Below, in pieces: positions 8,509-18,631 of a stretch of DNA of 64,000 nt. The notes below the pieces were generated by a model. That model did not search any database and had not been told where the DNA came from. It worked only from the letters and a program-made list of their open reading frames with translations. The position numbers and the translations under genes are program-made. This stretch comes from a virus: positions 42,831-106,830 of IMG/VR virus record IMGVR_UViG_3300025545_000003. One strand, given 5' to 3'. The stretch's first letter is position 1, and every line of letters begins with the position of its first letter.

Positions 8509-9383
8509 GCTTCGCTCCCTTGGTTCAACATCGGGACGACCTTCTTGATGACCCGGAACAGGTAGTCGGAAAGCACCCCGAGGATCAGGATAATGAGGAT
8601 CGCAGCGTAGACCCTCGGTGTATTTTGGAACCGCTGTGCGTTGGCTTCCATAGCCCCGAGGCCGGTGGTGACGTTCATCACCTCCGCTGCTACGAGGTAC
8701 GTCCACGCTACGCCCGTACACAGGCGGATGCCGTCCCACAGACGGGGCAGCGCTGACGGCAGGACGTAGTACCAGAGCGTTCCCATGGGGCGGAACCCCA
8801 TGTCGACCGCCTTGTCGATGATCAGGGGCGGCACGTTCCTCACGGCGTCAAACGCCGCAGGGATAATGAACACGATGGTGCCGAAGGCGAGGAAGCTGAT
8901 CTTCATCTGCTCCTCGATCCCGTAGATCAGGATGAACAGCGGGGCGAAGGCCATGATCGGGGCGTTCCGCATGGGCATCACGAGGGCCTGTAGCAGACTC
9001 TCAAACCACCCGAAGGCCCCCATGAAGATCCCGATGGGGATCCCGAACAGGCACGCCCAAAACAACGCCAAGAAGATGCGCTTCAAGCTGAAGCCCGCCC
9101 CTTGGATTGCGCTGGAGTGGACGAAGGTGTCCCACCCCGGCTGGATGTCCCGCCATTCGCCCTTGGTCCCCTCCACGAGTGTCTGCGGGGGTGCGTCCAC
9201 GAACGCTTCCGCCAGCGCCCCGAAGGTTGCCTTGGGGGAAGGGAGGAAGTTGGGATTCACCAGTTCAAGCTTGGTCACGGCTACCCATGCCAGCAGGAAC
9301 AGGACAAGCCCCGCGACCGGGAGCACATAGCGCATGCTCCCGGTCGTAGGCGTGCAGATGTACTTCGCAGAGTGGGCCGACAT
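8505..9383 (-). CDS. ABC transporter permease (TauC/SsuC-like)
   Basis: LPSP, multiple TMs, LPSALP..W, LVAAE. Confidence 0.9.
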   Translation of the reverse strand: MSAHSAKYICTPTTGSMRYVLPVAGLVLFLLAWVAVTKLELVNPNFLPSPKATFGALAEAFVDAPPQTLVEGTKGEWRDIQPGWDTFVHSSAIQGAGFSLKRIFLALFWACLFGIPIGIFMGAFGWFESLLQALVMPMRNAPIMAFAPLFILIYGIEEQMKISFLAFGTIVFIIPAAFDAVRNVPPLIIDKAVDMGFRPMGTLWYYVLPSALPRLWDGIRLCTGVAWTYLVAAEVMNVTTGLGAMEANAQRFQNTPRVYAAILIILILGVLSDYLFRVIKKVVPMLNQGSEA

Positions 9384-9393
9384 GATCGCCCTC

Positions 9394-11079
9394 CTAGTTG
9401 GCCGAAACGAACAGGATCTCGGTGCGGCGGTTCCGTGAACGGCAGTCGGGGGTCTTCAGGTCGCAGAGCGGGTTGTCCTCGCCGTTGCCCTGTGCCGCAA
9501 TACGGGCCGGGTCGATGCCCTGCGAGATCAGGTAGTCAACGACCGCCTGCGCCCGCTTGCCCGAGAGGGTCTTGTTGCCGCTGTCACTGCCCACGTCGTC
9601 GGTGTTGCCCTCGACACGGATGCTCATGGCCGTCGCCAGCATCAACTGCGGCAACACCTGACGCTTCAGGATCGAGCGGGACTGCGTGTCGATGGCGTAG
9701 GCACCCGTGTCGAAGTGGATGCTCACCGGCTTGACCAGCTTGGGTGCCGCCGTCTTGGCGACCTGCGGGTTGTAGACCGGCTTCGCCGCTGCCACGGGAA
9801 CCGCTGCCACACCGGACGAGGCGGCGACCTGCTGGCGTCGGGCCATCTCAGCGTCGTACAGGGGCTTCACGATGGCTGCGGTACGCAGACCGTGGGCGCT
9901 GAAGCGCTGCGAGAGGACCGGGGTGCCGTCAGGCTCCGTGTACTCCGACCAGATGCTGTCCGCCTGCTTGTAGACCGTGTCGAAGAGGGGCGCAGTCCCG
10001 CCGAGGCCGAAGAAGGACGTGTTGTCGCCGAGATCGTTCCAGCGGACCCAGTTGAGCGCCTTGAGGGTGCCCTCGTACTTGAGTTCGTCACGGAAACGGG
10101 GCACGACCGTCGAGATCAGGCGGGCCGCTGCGGGCTTGTCCGCCGTACCTAGCTTGGCACCTTCCATGAAGATCTTCGCCACCTTGCGGGCGATCTCGGG
10201 CTGCTGCTGGAGGAAGTCCTTCTTACCGAGCAGCACGTCGGCGACCAGCGTGTCGGCGTCCTTGGTGCTGAACACACGGTGGGCACCGGGGCGGCACTCA
10301 AGGGCGAGCGTCACGTCAGGCTCCCACAGGCATGCCACGTCGACCTGCTTCTGACAGAACAGGTTGCGCCCGAACTCCCATGAGTCCATCGAGAACTTGG
10401 TCTGCTGGCGAAGCTGCCGCACTTCCTGCGGGTTCAGGTCGCTGTTGTTGATCCAGAACTCGTAGACCGTGTGGTCGGGGCTGAACTTCATCATGGCTGC
10501 GCCACGGCTGGCCAGCAGATCACGGGGCGTCTTCACGTTGGCCGCTGCCACACAGGCGTCACCGCCACGGGACCAGTCGATCTGGACGAACGCCTGCGCT
10601 TCGACGCCGGAGCGTGCGTAACCGGGCATGTTCAGGGGCATCTCGTCGACCACCTGCCAAGTGAAGTCGACCTCGCCGGACTGGAGGGCAGCGTTCTTCT
10701 TGTCCGGCTCCTCGATGAAGACGAACTCAAGCTGGATCCCCTCCTTGGCACAGATGGAACCCGGCTGCGTCGTCAGGCCGCCGCAGGCGATGATGCCCGC
10801 CATGTGACCGGGCCACTGCGACAGGGCCACCTTGTAGTGGGTCTTGGGCTGGACGCCGGTCGGCTTGATCGCCGCAGGGGCCTGGACACCCGCCACCGCA
10901 CCGGGGGTCGTCGTGGGGGTCACAGCCGCAGGCTGCGTCGTGGTGGCGGTCGCCGTCGCCGGAGCGGTGGCGGTCGCCGTCTCGGTCGTGGACTCGTGGA
11001 AGAACCCGAAGTACGCACCCGCCGCCGCTCCCGCGACGACTAGGACGAGCAGGATCTTTCCCATCGGCTTGAGCTTCAT
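9394..11079 (-). CDS. ABC substrate-binding protein (SsuA/THI5-like) fused to an OmpA-like peptidoglycan-binding domain
   Basis: N-terminal anchor, Thr/Ala linker, WPGH, DWSRGGD, WEP; C-terminal FD-x-G...EGNTD...LSGKRA...NRRTE. Confidence 0.88.
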   Translation of the reverse strand: MKLKPMGKILLVLVVAGAAAGAYFGFFHESTTETATATAPATATATTTQPAAVTPTTTPGAVAGVQAPAAIKPTGVQPKTHYKVALSQWPGHMAGIIACGGLTTQPGSICAKEGIQLEFVFIEEPDKKNAALQSGEVDFTWQVVDEMPLNMPGYARSGVEAQAFVQIDWSRGGDACVAAANVKTPRDLLASRGAAMMKFSPDHTVYEFWINNSDLNPQEVRQLRQQTKFSMDSWEFGRNLFCQKQVDVACLWEPDVTLALECRPGAHRVFSTKDADTLVADVLLGKKDFLQQQPEIARKVAKIFMEGAKLGTADKPAAARLISTVVPRFRDELKYEGTLKALNWVRWNDLGDNTSFFGLGGTAPLFDTVYKQADSIWSEYTEPDGTPVLSQRFSAHGLRTAAIVKPLYDAEMARRQQVAASSGVAAVPVAAAKPVYNPQVAKTAAPKLVKPVSIHFDTGAYAIDTQSRSILKRQVLPQLMLATAMSIRVEGNTDDVGSDSGNKTLSGKRAQAVVDYLISQGIDPARIAAQGNGEDNPLCDLKTPDCRSRNRRTEILFVSAN

Positions 11080-11145
11080 CTCGAACCTCCCTTGCGAATT
11101 GTCTGTCTCACCGTACCGGGGTCATTCCCGGCAGGCACCTTCGGC

Positions 11146-11862
11146 CTAGCCCTTCTGCTGGCCGAAGAAAGTCACGAGCTTGGTGTAACGGACGCCTTCC
11201 TTGGCCGCTGCGGCCTTGGCATCCTCGCCACGCTTGGTCACCGCTGCCGCCCTGTCCTTGGCCGAAACCTGAGACTCGGAGATGTCCTGCATCACCTGCT
11301 CACGTTCGGACTGGAGGGCGGCGATCTGCGCCTCAAGCGCCTTGATGCGGTCATCGCTGCTGGTCTTCAGGCCCTCGAACTGGCTCTGGATCGCCGTACA
11401 GCGGGTGGCTACGTCCTTGTCGATGAAGGATCCGTACTGGCGCAGGACGTTGACACGCTTCTCAGCGTCCGCCTTGACCGTGGGCTCGTCCCATGCGTCG
11501 TCGGCGGCGTCCATCGCCCGGATCATGGCGAGGCGCTGCGGTTCGGGGAACTGTGCGAGGTTGTCCAGCAGGGTGAGGACGGTGTGGGCCGAGTTCGCCC
11601 CGGTGCCTACCTTGCCTGCGGCGAAGACCTCGTCGAGCGTCCAGTCCAACGCTGTCCGCTTGGGGGCCGGAGGCGCTGCCGGGGCGGCGGGTGCCGCCTC
11701 TACGGGTGCCGTTGGGGTAGCCGTGAAGGCTGCCAGCGGGTCATCGGACACCGCAGGAGCGGCGACCTCGGTCACGTCGGTCGCATCGTCGGGGGTCTCT
11801 TCCGTGTCGTAGTCCACGAACATGGACAGGAACCCGCCCTTCTTTTTCTCTTCACCGGCCAT
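11146..11862 (-). CDS. Coiled-coil hypothetical protein, first gene of ABC operon
   Basis: AGGAGGT RBS; Pro/Ala linker plus coiled coil. Confidence 0.7.
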   Translation of the reverse strand: MAGEEKKKGGFLSMFVDYDTEETPDDATDVTEVAAPAVSDDPLAAFTATPTAPVEAAPAAPAAPPAPKRTALDWTLDEVFAAGKVGTGANSAHTVLTLLDNLAQFPEPQRLAMIRAMDAADDAWDEPTVKADAEKRVNVLRQYGSFIDKDVATRCTAIQSQFEGLKTSSDDRIKALEAQIAALQSEREQVMQDISESQVSAKDRAAAVTKRGEDAKAAAAKEGVRYTKLVTFFGQQKG

Positions 11863-11885
11863 CAGGCACCTCCTCTTGCTCTATC

Positions 11886-11913
11886 TCTACCCGAACCACG
11901 AAAGGGCTAAGCC
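11886..11913 (-). promoter_or_regulatory. Phage promoter motif GGCTTAG-N15-GGTAGA
   Basis: Upstream of the ABC operon. Confidence 0.7.
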
Positions 11914-11922
11914 CCCCGAGGG

Positions 11923-12924
11923 TCAGGCATCTTCACTTTTGTCTTCATCAGGGGTGCTCTCGTGCCACCCCATGACATACCCACACGTCTTGCAGAACCC
12001 GTCCCCGTCGTCCTCACAGGCCGAGATCCAGTCCCCATTCATGGCATCATCGTTCTCGAAGGAGCCCTCGCACTTCTCGGGGGCCTCTGCCCTCTCGGTG
12101 CCGTCGTCGTGGTAGAAGAACCGGACGAGGCGGGCGAGTTCCATCAGAGCCGTTTCCCAGTCCGGGCCGCCACAGTCGAGGCGGATGTCGTGACAGGACT
12201 GCCAGCGGTTGTACTTGTTCCACCCCTCCTCCGGGATCATCTCGTTGTCGTCCTCGGAGCGGTCGTACCAGCCTCCGGCTTCGACCCAGACACGGGACGC
12301 ATTGTTGCGGGGGTCGTCCACGCCGTCGGAAAGCTCGTCGTGGATGCGCTCCGCCAGCGGGTCGACGTGGTGGAAGGTGGTCTCAACGGACTCGTAGAAC
12401 CCGCCGCCGATCCGGTGTACCTCGTCCTGCCAGTCCGGGCCGTCGAACAGCATGGGGACGGCCTTGAGCACGCCCTCCGAGTCCGGCTCCGCCGAAACGA
12501 CCTTGTGGCCGGACTTGTCGACGTCCCCGATCTCAATGGGGTCCCCGAAGTAGCTGCCTCCCTCGGGCGGGCAGCGCATCTCGACAGGGTACGTCCACAG
12601 GGGGTGCTCCATCAGCCACTCGACCTCTGCCTTGCGGAGAGGGGCGTCCACGGGGAGCGGGGGAGCCGTCCGGTGGAACGGGAGTTCCTTGAACTGGAGG
12701 TGGGACAGGATGGTCTTCGCCAGACGTTCGGCGTCGTCCGACCGGAGGCCGAACCCCCGAACGGACTCGTCGAAGGACACCATGACGGAGCCCAACGCAG
12801 GGTTCCATCCAATGGTCAGGTTGAACTGTTGCGGGGCGGCCTGTTTCGGAGCGCCGCCCATCTCAGGGAACAGGGTGATGATCTTGCCGTTCCCGTTCCC
12901 GTTCCCGTTACCCTTGTCCGTCAT
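11923..12924 (-). CDS. Acidic hypothetical protein
   Basis: 333-aa ORF, GGAG RBS. Confidence 0.65.
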   Translation of the reverse strand: MTDKGNGNGNGNGKIITLFPEMGGAPKQAAPQQFNLTIGWNPALGSVMVSFDESVRGFGLRSDDAERLAKTILSHLQFKELPFHRTAPPLPVDAPLRKAEVEWLMEHPLWTYPVEMRCPPEGGSYFGDPIEIGDVDKSGHKVVSAEPDSEGVLKAVPMLFDGPDWQDEVHRIGGGFYESVETTFHHVDPLAERIHDELSDGVDDPRNNASRVWVEAGGWYDRSEDDNEMIPEEGWNKYNRWQSCHDIRLDCGGPDWETALMELARLVRFFYHDDGTERAEAPEKCEGSFENDDAMNGDWISACEDDGDGFCKTCGYVMGWHESTPDEDKSEDA

Positions 12925-12925
12925 G

Positions 12926-13186
12926 CTAGTCTCCGTTTCGGATCCATCTCAGGAGCCGGGGTTCCACTAAACGCCACCAGAGGGTCATGGCTACGATACC
13001 GAACAGGATGCCTCGGGCGTAATAGTACCGGGCCTCAAGGTTCTCGGACGCCATGTTGGTGTTCATGGTGATCTCGATCCCGGCCTCCGCACCAGCCATG
13101 AAGCCGGTGACGATCATGGCCAGCACCACACCGCACACAACTAGCCCGAACAGACAGGCGCAGGCCGTCCTTTGGAGTTTCGTCAT
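12926..13186 (-). CDS. Small membrane protein
   Basis: Two hydrophobic segments. Confidence 0.55.
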   Translation of the reverse strand: MTKLQRTACACLFGLVVCGVVLAMIVTGFMAGAEAGIEITMNTNMASENLEARYYYARGILFGIVAMTLWWRLVEPRLLRWIRNGD

Positions 13187-13189
13187 CCG

Positions 13190-13390
13190 TCACCTCTGCT
13201 TGAAGGCTCTGCCCTTACCGCACAGGAACAGGAAGGTGTCCCCGTCCCGTTCTTGGATCATCAGGTCGAAGTGCAGAGCCAACTCCTCGATCTCGTGGTA
13301 CTCAAAGCTCACGTACCCCTCACGGGGCGGAGCCTTCGGGTGGCCCTTCACCTCGGGCCACATCACGACTTTCAGACTGATGTCGTTCAT
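13190..13390 (-). CDS. Hypothetical protein
   Basis: TAATG coupling to rtcB. Confidence 0.5.
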   Translation of the reverse strand: MNDISLKVVMWPEVKGHPKAPPREGYVSFEYHEIEELALHFDLMIQERDGDTFLFLCGKGRAFKQR

Positions 13391-14802
13391 TACTCCAGCC
13401 CCTTGAGGTTGGCGACCGGGAACAGGCGCAGGGTCATCTTGGCGATGCCCTCGTCCTCCAACACCCGGAGCACAGCGTTGAGATCCTTGTAGGCGTGGCC
13501 GCACTCGTCCAGCGGCGTCCGCTCCGAGTTCATGACGATGCCCTCGACGATGGTTCCGTCCGCGCAGACGACACGGGCGTCCCGCATCTCCTCGTCGATC
13601 TCATCGTGGATTGCCCGAAGCTCACGCTTGGCCTCCCCACGTCCCATGAGCCGTCCGGCCCCGTGGTTGACGGAGCAGCCCGTCTTCCTCGTCCCGGAGA
13701 GCGGGAACAGGATCGCAGCCCCGTCCTTCATGGAACCGGGGATCAAGCACGGGTGGCCCGTCTCAGCCCACTTCGTGCGGGCGAGATCCGGGTGTCCAGC
13801 CGGGAAGGCACGGGTCGCCCCCTTGCGGTGAACGAAGCCCTCCGTCAGCGAACCGTCCGGCAGGTAGATGCGCTCCTGCTGGATCAGGTTGTGGCTGATC
13901 TCGTACAGGGTCTCAGACTCAGCCCCTCCGAACACCGTCGCCGTGGCGTCCGCCAGCCCTCTGGCTATGACGTGCCTGTTGGCGATGGCGTAGTTGGCCG
14001 CCGAGTTGTGGTGCGCCCAATACTCCTTCCCGAGATCCTCGTCCATGCGGAGGTAGGACTCCTCCCGTCGCTTGGACTGGAGGCACCGCAATCGGGCACC
14101 CTCGTAGAAGTAGTGGTTGGCCGTGTGCCACCCGTACCCACGGGAGCCGCAGTGCAGCATCAGCCAGACAGAGGAGTCCGTCGGGTCTACCTGCATCTCG
14201 ATGAAGTGGTTCCCACCACCGAGGGATCCCATCTGCGGGACGGCCTTCGGCCACGCCCGGTCGATGCGGTTGGCCTTGAAGTGCGCCGTGTCCACACGCA
14301 TGAAGACACGCTCGCACTCGTCCGCCGTGACACCCACCGGCTCTCCGCCGTGGGCAAGCATCTCCTGCACGTCCGTCCACCCGTAGGTCGGCATCTTGAC
14401 CGGACGGTGCGAACCGAGGCCCGTGGCTACACGCTCCTCAACCGCATGAATCCACTCCAGCCGCTTGGCCGGATCGACGATGTCCGCCGCCTTGAGGCTC
14501 GTCTTCATGTAGAGGACGCCGCACGAGATGTCGTAGCCGGAGCCTGACTGGACCAGCGTGTCGTCGGTCACGATGACGCTGCCGATGGGAACCCCGAACC
14601 CGAAGTGGGTGTCCGGCATCAGGAAGGCGTGAGTCACACCCTTGTAGGATGCGGCCTGTACAGCCTGTGCCCAGAGCCCCTCTTCGGTGGCCTCCCATAG
14701 TTCCTTGGTGAGGAAAGCTGTGACGTCGCACCGCATCCCGGCCCGTGCGGGCAGGACACAGCAGTTGTCAGTCAGCCAGTGGATGTCGTACTTGTGAGAC
14801 AT
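13390..14802 (-). CDS. rtcB: RtcB RNA ligase
   Basis: PDTHFG, GYDISCG, SLGGGNHFIE, HCGSRG, HRKGAT, PGSM, HGAGR, YKD. Confidence 0.96.
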   Translation of the reverse strand: MSHKYDIHWLTDNCCVLPARAGMRCDVTAFLTKELWEATEEGLWAQAVQAASYKGVTHAFLMPDTHFGFGVPIGSVIVTDDTLVQSGSGYDISCGVLYMKTSLKAADIVDPAKRLEWIHAVEERVATGLGSHRPVKMPTYGWTDVQEMLAHGGEPVGVTADECERVFMRVDTAHFKANRIDRAWPKAVPQMGSLGGGNHFIEMQVDPTDSSVWLMLHCGSRGYGWHTANHYFYEGARLRCLQSKRREESYLRMDEDLGKEYWAHHNSAANYAIANRHVIARGLADATATVFGGAESETLYEISHNLIQQERIYLPDGSLTEGFVHRKGATRAFPAGHPDLARTKWAETGHPCLIPGSMKDGAAILFPLSGTRKTGCSVNHGAGRLMGRGEAKRELRAIHDEIDEEMRDARVVCADGTIVEGIVMNSERTPLDECGHAYKDLNAVLRVLEDEGIAKMTLRLFPVANLKGLE

Positions 14803-14820
14803 GAGTCCCTCCTCGGGTCA

Positions 14821-14848
14821 TCTACACGGAAGCGGAGGGCACTAAGCC
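14821..14848 (-). promoter_or_regulatory. Phage promoter motif GGCTTAG-N15-TGTAGA
   Basis: Directly upstream of rtcB. Confidence 0.7.
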
Positions 14849-14851
14849 CGC

Positions 14852-15862
14852 TCAGGGCTCGACAGGCAAGAACTCAAGGGCAGCGAGGAGGTATTCGATC
14901 AGCTTGTCACGGCCCCATGCGTGGATCGTCATGGACTTGGCGTGGTCTTCGGGGCCCTGCCAGCGACCACTGGATTCGTAGGTCACCTTGTCCCGCTTCC
15001 CGAGATCCCGGAGGTGGTCCACGGCGAACAGGCGTTCCGACTTCATGGACAGGCTGATTACCCGCTTGCGGGGGCCGACCGTGAACTCGGTCTCGGCGTA
15101 GACGAACGTGTACCACGGCTCCGACTTCGTGCTGTCCCCGTAGTACTGGTTGGGGATCACGGTGGGTTCGAAGGTGCGGCCCGACTTGTCCTGCACCTCC
15201 TTGAACACCCCGGCCCAGAACTCGTCGTGGTTGCGGCGGATCGGGTCAATGATCTCTTCGGTGCGGGCCTCTTCTCGGGGGACGTGCTTCCAGCCGCCCT
15301 CCGTCCCGAGGTAGACACGGAAGATCATTTCCGGCCAGAGCGGCGGGTTCTCGGGGGCGAGGAGCGTCCGGGGGTTGTACTGGACGTACCCGGCACGGAA
15401 CGCTTCGATCAGGGCCTTGCCGTCCACGGGGAGGCGGTTCCCCTCGTCGTCCTCGTACCACTCGCCCACCAGCTTGTGGTCGTCGTTGTACTCGGACTTG
15501 TAGTGGTAGCCCTTGGCCGGGTCGAGGCCGAATGTCCCAGCGATGGCGTCGGCGTCTTCGTTCTCCTTGGCCTTCTTGAGGGGCATCCAGCCGTCCATCT
15601 CGTAGGCACGGGAAGCGGTGGCCAGCTTGGTGTTGAACCAATCGAACACCGGCTGGAGGAACGTCTCGGTAAAGTCGTCGGGGACGCCCTTCGGACCATC
15701 CGGGAAGATGGAGAACGTGCTGTAGCCGTTGTTGCTGATCTCCAAGGCACGGAGGCCGCAGGGGCAGAAGTGATGGGCCGAGTAACCGGCTCCCATCGTG
15801 CAGCCACCTTGTCGCCACTCGTTGCGGCCACAGGTGCAGTTGGGGAGTACTCGTTCAGTCAT
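14852..15862 (-). CDS. Hypothetical protein with N-terminal Cys motifs
   Basis: AGGAGGAG RBS; preceded by the GGCTTAG motif at 15884-15911. Confidence 0.65.
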   Translation of the reverse strand: MTERVLPNCTCGRNEWRQGGCTMGAGYSAHHFCPCGLRALEISNNGYSTFSIFPDGPKGVPDDFTETFLQPVFDWFNTKLATASRAYEMDGWMPLKKAKENEDADAIAGTFGLDPAKGYHYKSEYNDDHKLVGEWYEDDEGNRLPVDGKALIEAFRAGYVQYNPRTLLAPENPPLWPEMIFRVYLGTEGGWKHVPREEARTEEIIDPIRRNHDEFWAGVFKEVQDKSGRTFEPTVIPNQYYGDSTKSEPWYTFVYAETEFTVGPRKRVISLSMKSERLFAVDHLRDLGKRDKVTYESSGRWQGPEDHAKSMTIHAWGRDKLIEYLLAALEFLPVEP

Positions 15863-15918
15863 GGGCTCCTCCTATTCAGGGATCCCACACGGAACAGGAA
15901 GGGGCTAAGCCGGATCCG

Positions 15919-16401
15919 CTACTTGAAGTACACCCGAGGGGTGCCCTCTTTCACGTCCACCGCTTCAAGGACGGCATCCCGCTTGGCTTGATCAGCCCCG
16001 GCGACACGGGTAGCGAGGGTATCACGGGCCTTGTAGGTCACGACCGTGTCGAAGAAGCGGTCGAAGTCATCTCCCAGAATCCCCTTCAAGCCGTCCATGT
16101 CGGCGTCCTTGCGAACGACCGTGTTGGGCTTGGGGATCGAGACCGTACAGCGGGAGCCGTCGTTCCCATCGAAGTGCTCTGCGCCGGGATCTCCCGCACG
16201 GGCCTGTACGGCCAGTTCACGCAGCTTGCCCTTGATGGGTTCCAAGGCTTCCCCGGCCTCTTTGGAGATGCCCGCCAGCTTGTGCCCCAAGGCCACAGCC
16301 TCCTCGTCCGGCATGGCGGTGAGGAGGCTGGGCAGGGCACGGCGGAGGTCTTCGATGGTACGGATAACCGTGATCAGGTCGGCAGTTTTCGGCGTGGGCA
16401 T
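15919..16401 (-). CDS. Hypothetical phage protein
   Basis: Coupled ORF. Confidence 0.6.
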   Translation of the reverse strand: MPTPKTADLITVIRTIEDLRRALPSLLTAMPDEEAVALGHKLAGISKEAGEALEPIKGKLRELAVQARAGDPGAEHFDGNDGSRCTVSIPKPNTVVRKDADMDGLKGILGDDFDRFFDTVVTYKARDTLATRVAGADQAKRDAVLEAVDVKEGTPRVYFK

Positions 16402-17243
16402 CAATCTTCCTCGTAGCAGTGAACGTGGTAGATGCCGGGTGGGCCTTGTGACGCATTCGCCGAGCGAATCCAGACAGCATCCTCACCCTTCGACACCACG
16501 TTACCGCACTTCTTGCAGATGGCCTTCTGCTGACAGGTGATTCGTTGCGTTTCACCCGACATGCTCGTGGCACCACTCGTCGCCGGTCGGGCGGCGGGCT
16601 TTGAGGGCTTCACGGCAGGCCCCACGACGGTCGAGGGCTGTACCTGCTTGGCGGCAGCGGCGTCGATGTCCTCTTTGGCCAACAGGGTGGACAGCCGGGA
16701 CAGGTGAGCCGCCATGGCGTTGAGGCAGCGGTTCTTCACCGCACAGTCGGTGCATACGTCCGACTTGTCCGAGTACGCCCCGTAACAGGGCGTCTGCTCG
16801 ATGGCCAGCCCCCGAATGTAGGCGTCGTCGTGGTAATCGTTGCCCTCGTCGTGTCCGGGGGACACCGGCAAGGGCATCGAGGCTACCTGAGTTTTGTCAC
16901 CGTCCACGCTGTCCTCCGAGGACTTGGCATCCCGTAGGGACTGTGCCTTGATTACTCCATCCGGGGTCAGCTTCCACGTACCCCGGCCTTCACGGGCGGC
17001 CCAACCCTCTGCGATGAGGGTCTTGAACGCCGCCTGCATCCAACGCACGGTGCTGAAAGCGTTGACCCCTGCGGGCTTTCCGAACTGGTCGATGGTGATG
17101 CCCATGTCCACACAGGTCGGATCGTAGGTGGCCTCGCTTTGGACGGGGACGTCCGGCTTGAACCCGGAGAGCTTCCCCAGAGTCAGGAGCAGCGGGCTAA
17201 CGAAGCTCTTGGCGCTAACGGTGTGCTTGGGTGTGCCTCTCAT
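16401..17243 (-). CDS. Protein with Mrr N-terminal-like winged helix and Zn-binding motifs
   Basis: PLLLTL...VRW...L...GRGTWKLT-x-G; CTDC, CKKC, HVHC. Confidence 0.6.
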   Translation of the reverse strand: MRGTPKHTVSAKSFVSPLLLTLGKLSGFKPDVPVQSEATYDPTCVDMGITIDQFGKPAGVNAFSTVRWMQAAFKTLIAEGWAAREGRGTWKLTPDGVIKAQSLRDAKSSEDSVDGDKTQVASMPLPVSPGHDEGNDYHDDAYIRGLAIEQTPCYGAYSDKSDVCTDCAVKNRCLNAMAAHLSRLSTLLAKEDIDAAAAKQVQPSTVVGPAVKPSKPAARPATSGATSMSGETQRITCQQKAICKKCGNVVSKGEDAVWIRSANASQGPPGIYHVHCYEED

Positions 17244-17244
17244 C

Positions 17245-18483
17245 CTATCGGCCCCCCTTGAACCCGCCGACAGTGGATCCCGGAGGAGCCTTGCCAACGT
17301 CCAGCATGGAGATGTGGGGATCCATGATCTTGATCGCCGATTCCCGGTTCTCCTCGTCGGGTAGCCGGTCGAGCCACGAACGGGAGGCCAGCTTCAACAG
17401 GTTCTTCGGCACCTTGGCAGAGCCGTTGCACTCCAGCATGTCCTCTGCGTGCATCAGGATCGAGCACAGGCCACGGTGGGAGAACTCGCCGTACAGTTCG
17501 CCGTCGAGGATGGCCTCACGGAGCGACTTCGTCACCTTGCCCATCTTCTCGAACAGGGTGTCTCCGACCCGCTGTGCCAGCACCGGGAACTTGGCCCGGA
17601 CAATGGACTCCTCGTCCCGCCAGTCCATCCAGCGGAACTGGAAGACCTTCTCAAAGCGGTCGAGCAGGGAGGCGTCGATGGGGTTGGCCGAGATCATACG
17701 CCCACGTTCGTCGCCCGAACCCGCCGTGTTGCCTGTAGCGGCGACCAGCGTGCCGGGGAGTACCGGGTAGACCTTGCCAGCGGGGCCGTCGATGCGGCCT
17801 TGGATGGAGTCCGTGATGAGGCGGAGGTGTTCGGCCTGTTCCCGGTCGGCCCGGTCGAAGTCAGTGACCAGCATCATGTAAGGGATGCGTCGTCCGGTAG
17901 GGGTGACGAACCCGTCACGCAGGGCCTTGAGGGCCTCGCCCTCTTCCCAATGCGTGCCCGCCTCTGTGAACCCACGGCTGAAGAACCACGCCTCGATGTC
18001 CGTGCCCGGTTTCACCTGCCGGATCATCGCCGGGGTGCGGGTCAGGTTGCTCCAAGCGTGGAACAGGGCGTCCTTCCCGCTACCGGGAAGCCCCCACACG
18101 TAGATCGACCGCTTGAAGAACAGGGACACGACAGCGTGCTCCACGTCCTCCCCGAGCAGTCCGTACCGGGGGATCCGGTAATGGTCCGGCATGGGGAGGC
18201 AGTTTTCCACTGGCACGTCCACGTTAACCGGGAACTCGATCCGCCCAAACTTCACCTTCAGGGAGGTGGGCTTGGGCGGGTGCGCCCGCTTGCGGGGGTT
18301 CACAGTCTGCTGGAAGCGGGCATGGAGCCGCTGGCTGACGGTGCCCGCATCCGGGTACGTGTCGAGGTACTTTGATGCTGTCATGCCGTGGGCTTCCAAG
18401 AGGTGGTCCCCCAGGAAGTCCTGCTCTACGTGACCGCAGATCCGGCACTTGAGCCCATCAGGCTTGGTCTTGCTATCCGTCAC
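17245..18483 (-). CDS. CobS/MoxR-like AAA+ ATPase with N-terminal C2H2 finger
   Basis: GLPGSGK, ATGNTAGSGD, DASLLDRF. Confidence 0.85.
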   Translation of the reverse strand: MTDSKTKPDGLKCRICGHVEQDFLGDHLLEAHGMTASKYLDTYPDAGTVSQRLHARFQQTVNPRKRAHPPKPTSLKVKFGRIEFPVNVDVPVENCLPMPDHYRIPRYGLLGEDVEHAVVSLFFKRSIYVWGLPGSGKDALFHAWSNLTRTPAMIRQVKPGTDIEAWFFSRGFTEAGTHWEEGEALKALRDGFVTPTGRRIPYMMLVTDFDRADREQAEHLRLITDSIQGRIDGPAGKVYPVLPGTLVAATGNTAGSGDERGRMISANPIDASLLDRFEKVFQFRWMDWRDEESIVRAKFPVLAQRVGDTLFEKMGKVTKSLREAILDGELYGEFSHRGLCSILMHAEDMLECNGSAKVPKNLLKLASRSWLDRLPDEENRESAIKIMDPHISMLDVGKAPPGSTVGGFKGGR

Positions 18484-18525
18484 TTGCCCCTCTCGGTGAG
18501 TAGGGTTTCTCGTCCGTCTGCCCCT

Positions 18526-18593
18526 TCTACCCGTTGCCCCCTTTCGCTAAGCCCCCCGAAGCGTGGGCTTAGGCTTTTCTCGTTCCGGGTAGA
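18526..18593. promoter_or_regulatory. Back-to-back pair of GGCTTAG-N15-GGTAGA promoters
   Basis: Minus copy 18526-18553 and plus copy 18566-18593 between divergent AAA+ and vWA genes. Confidence 0.75.
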
Positions 18594-18631
18594 ATGGTCA
18601 CCGGGTGGTAACTTGCGCCCCGTGAGGTGAC

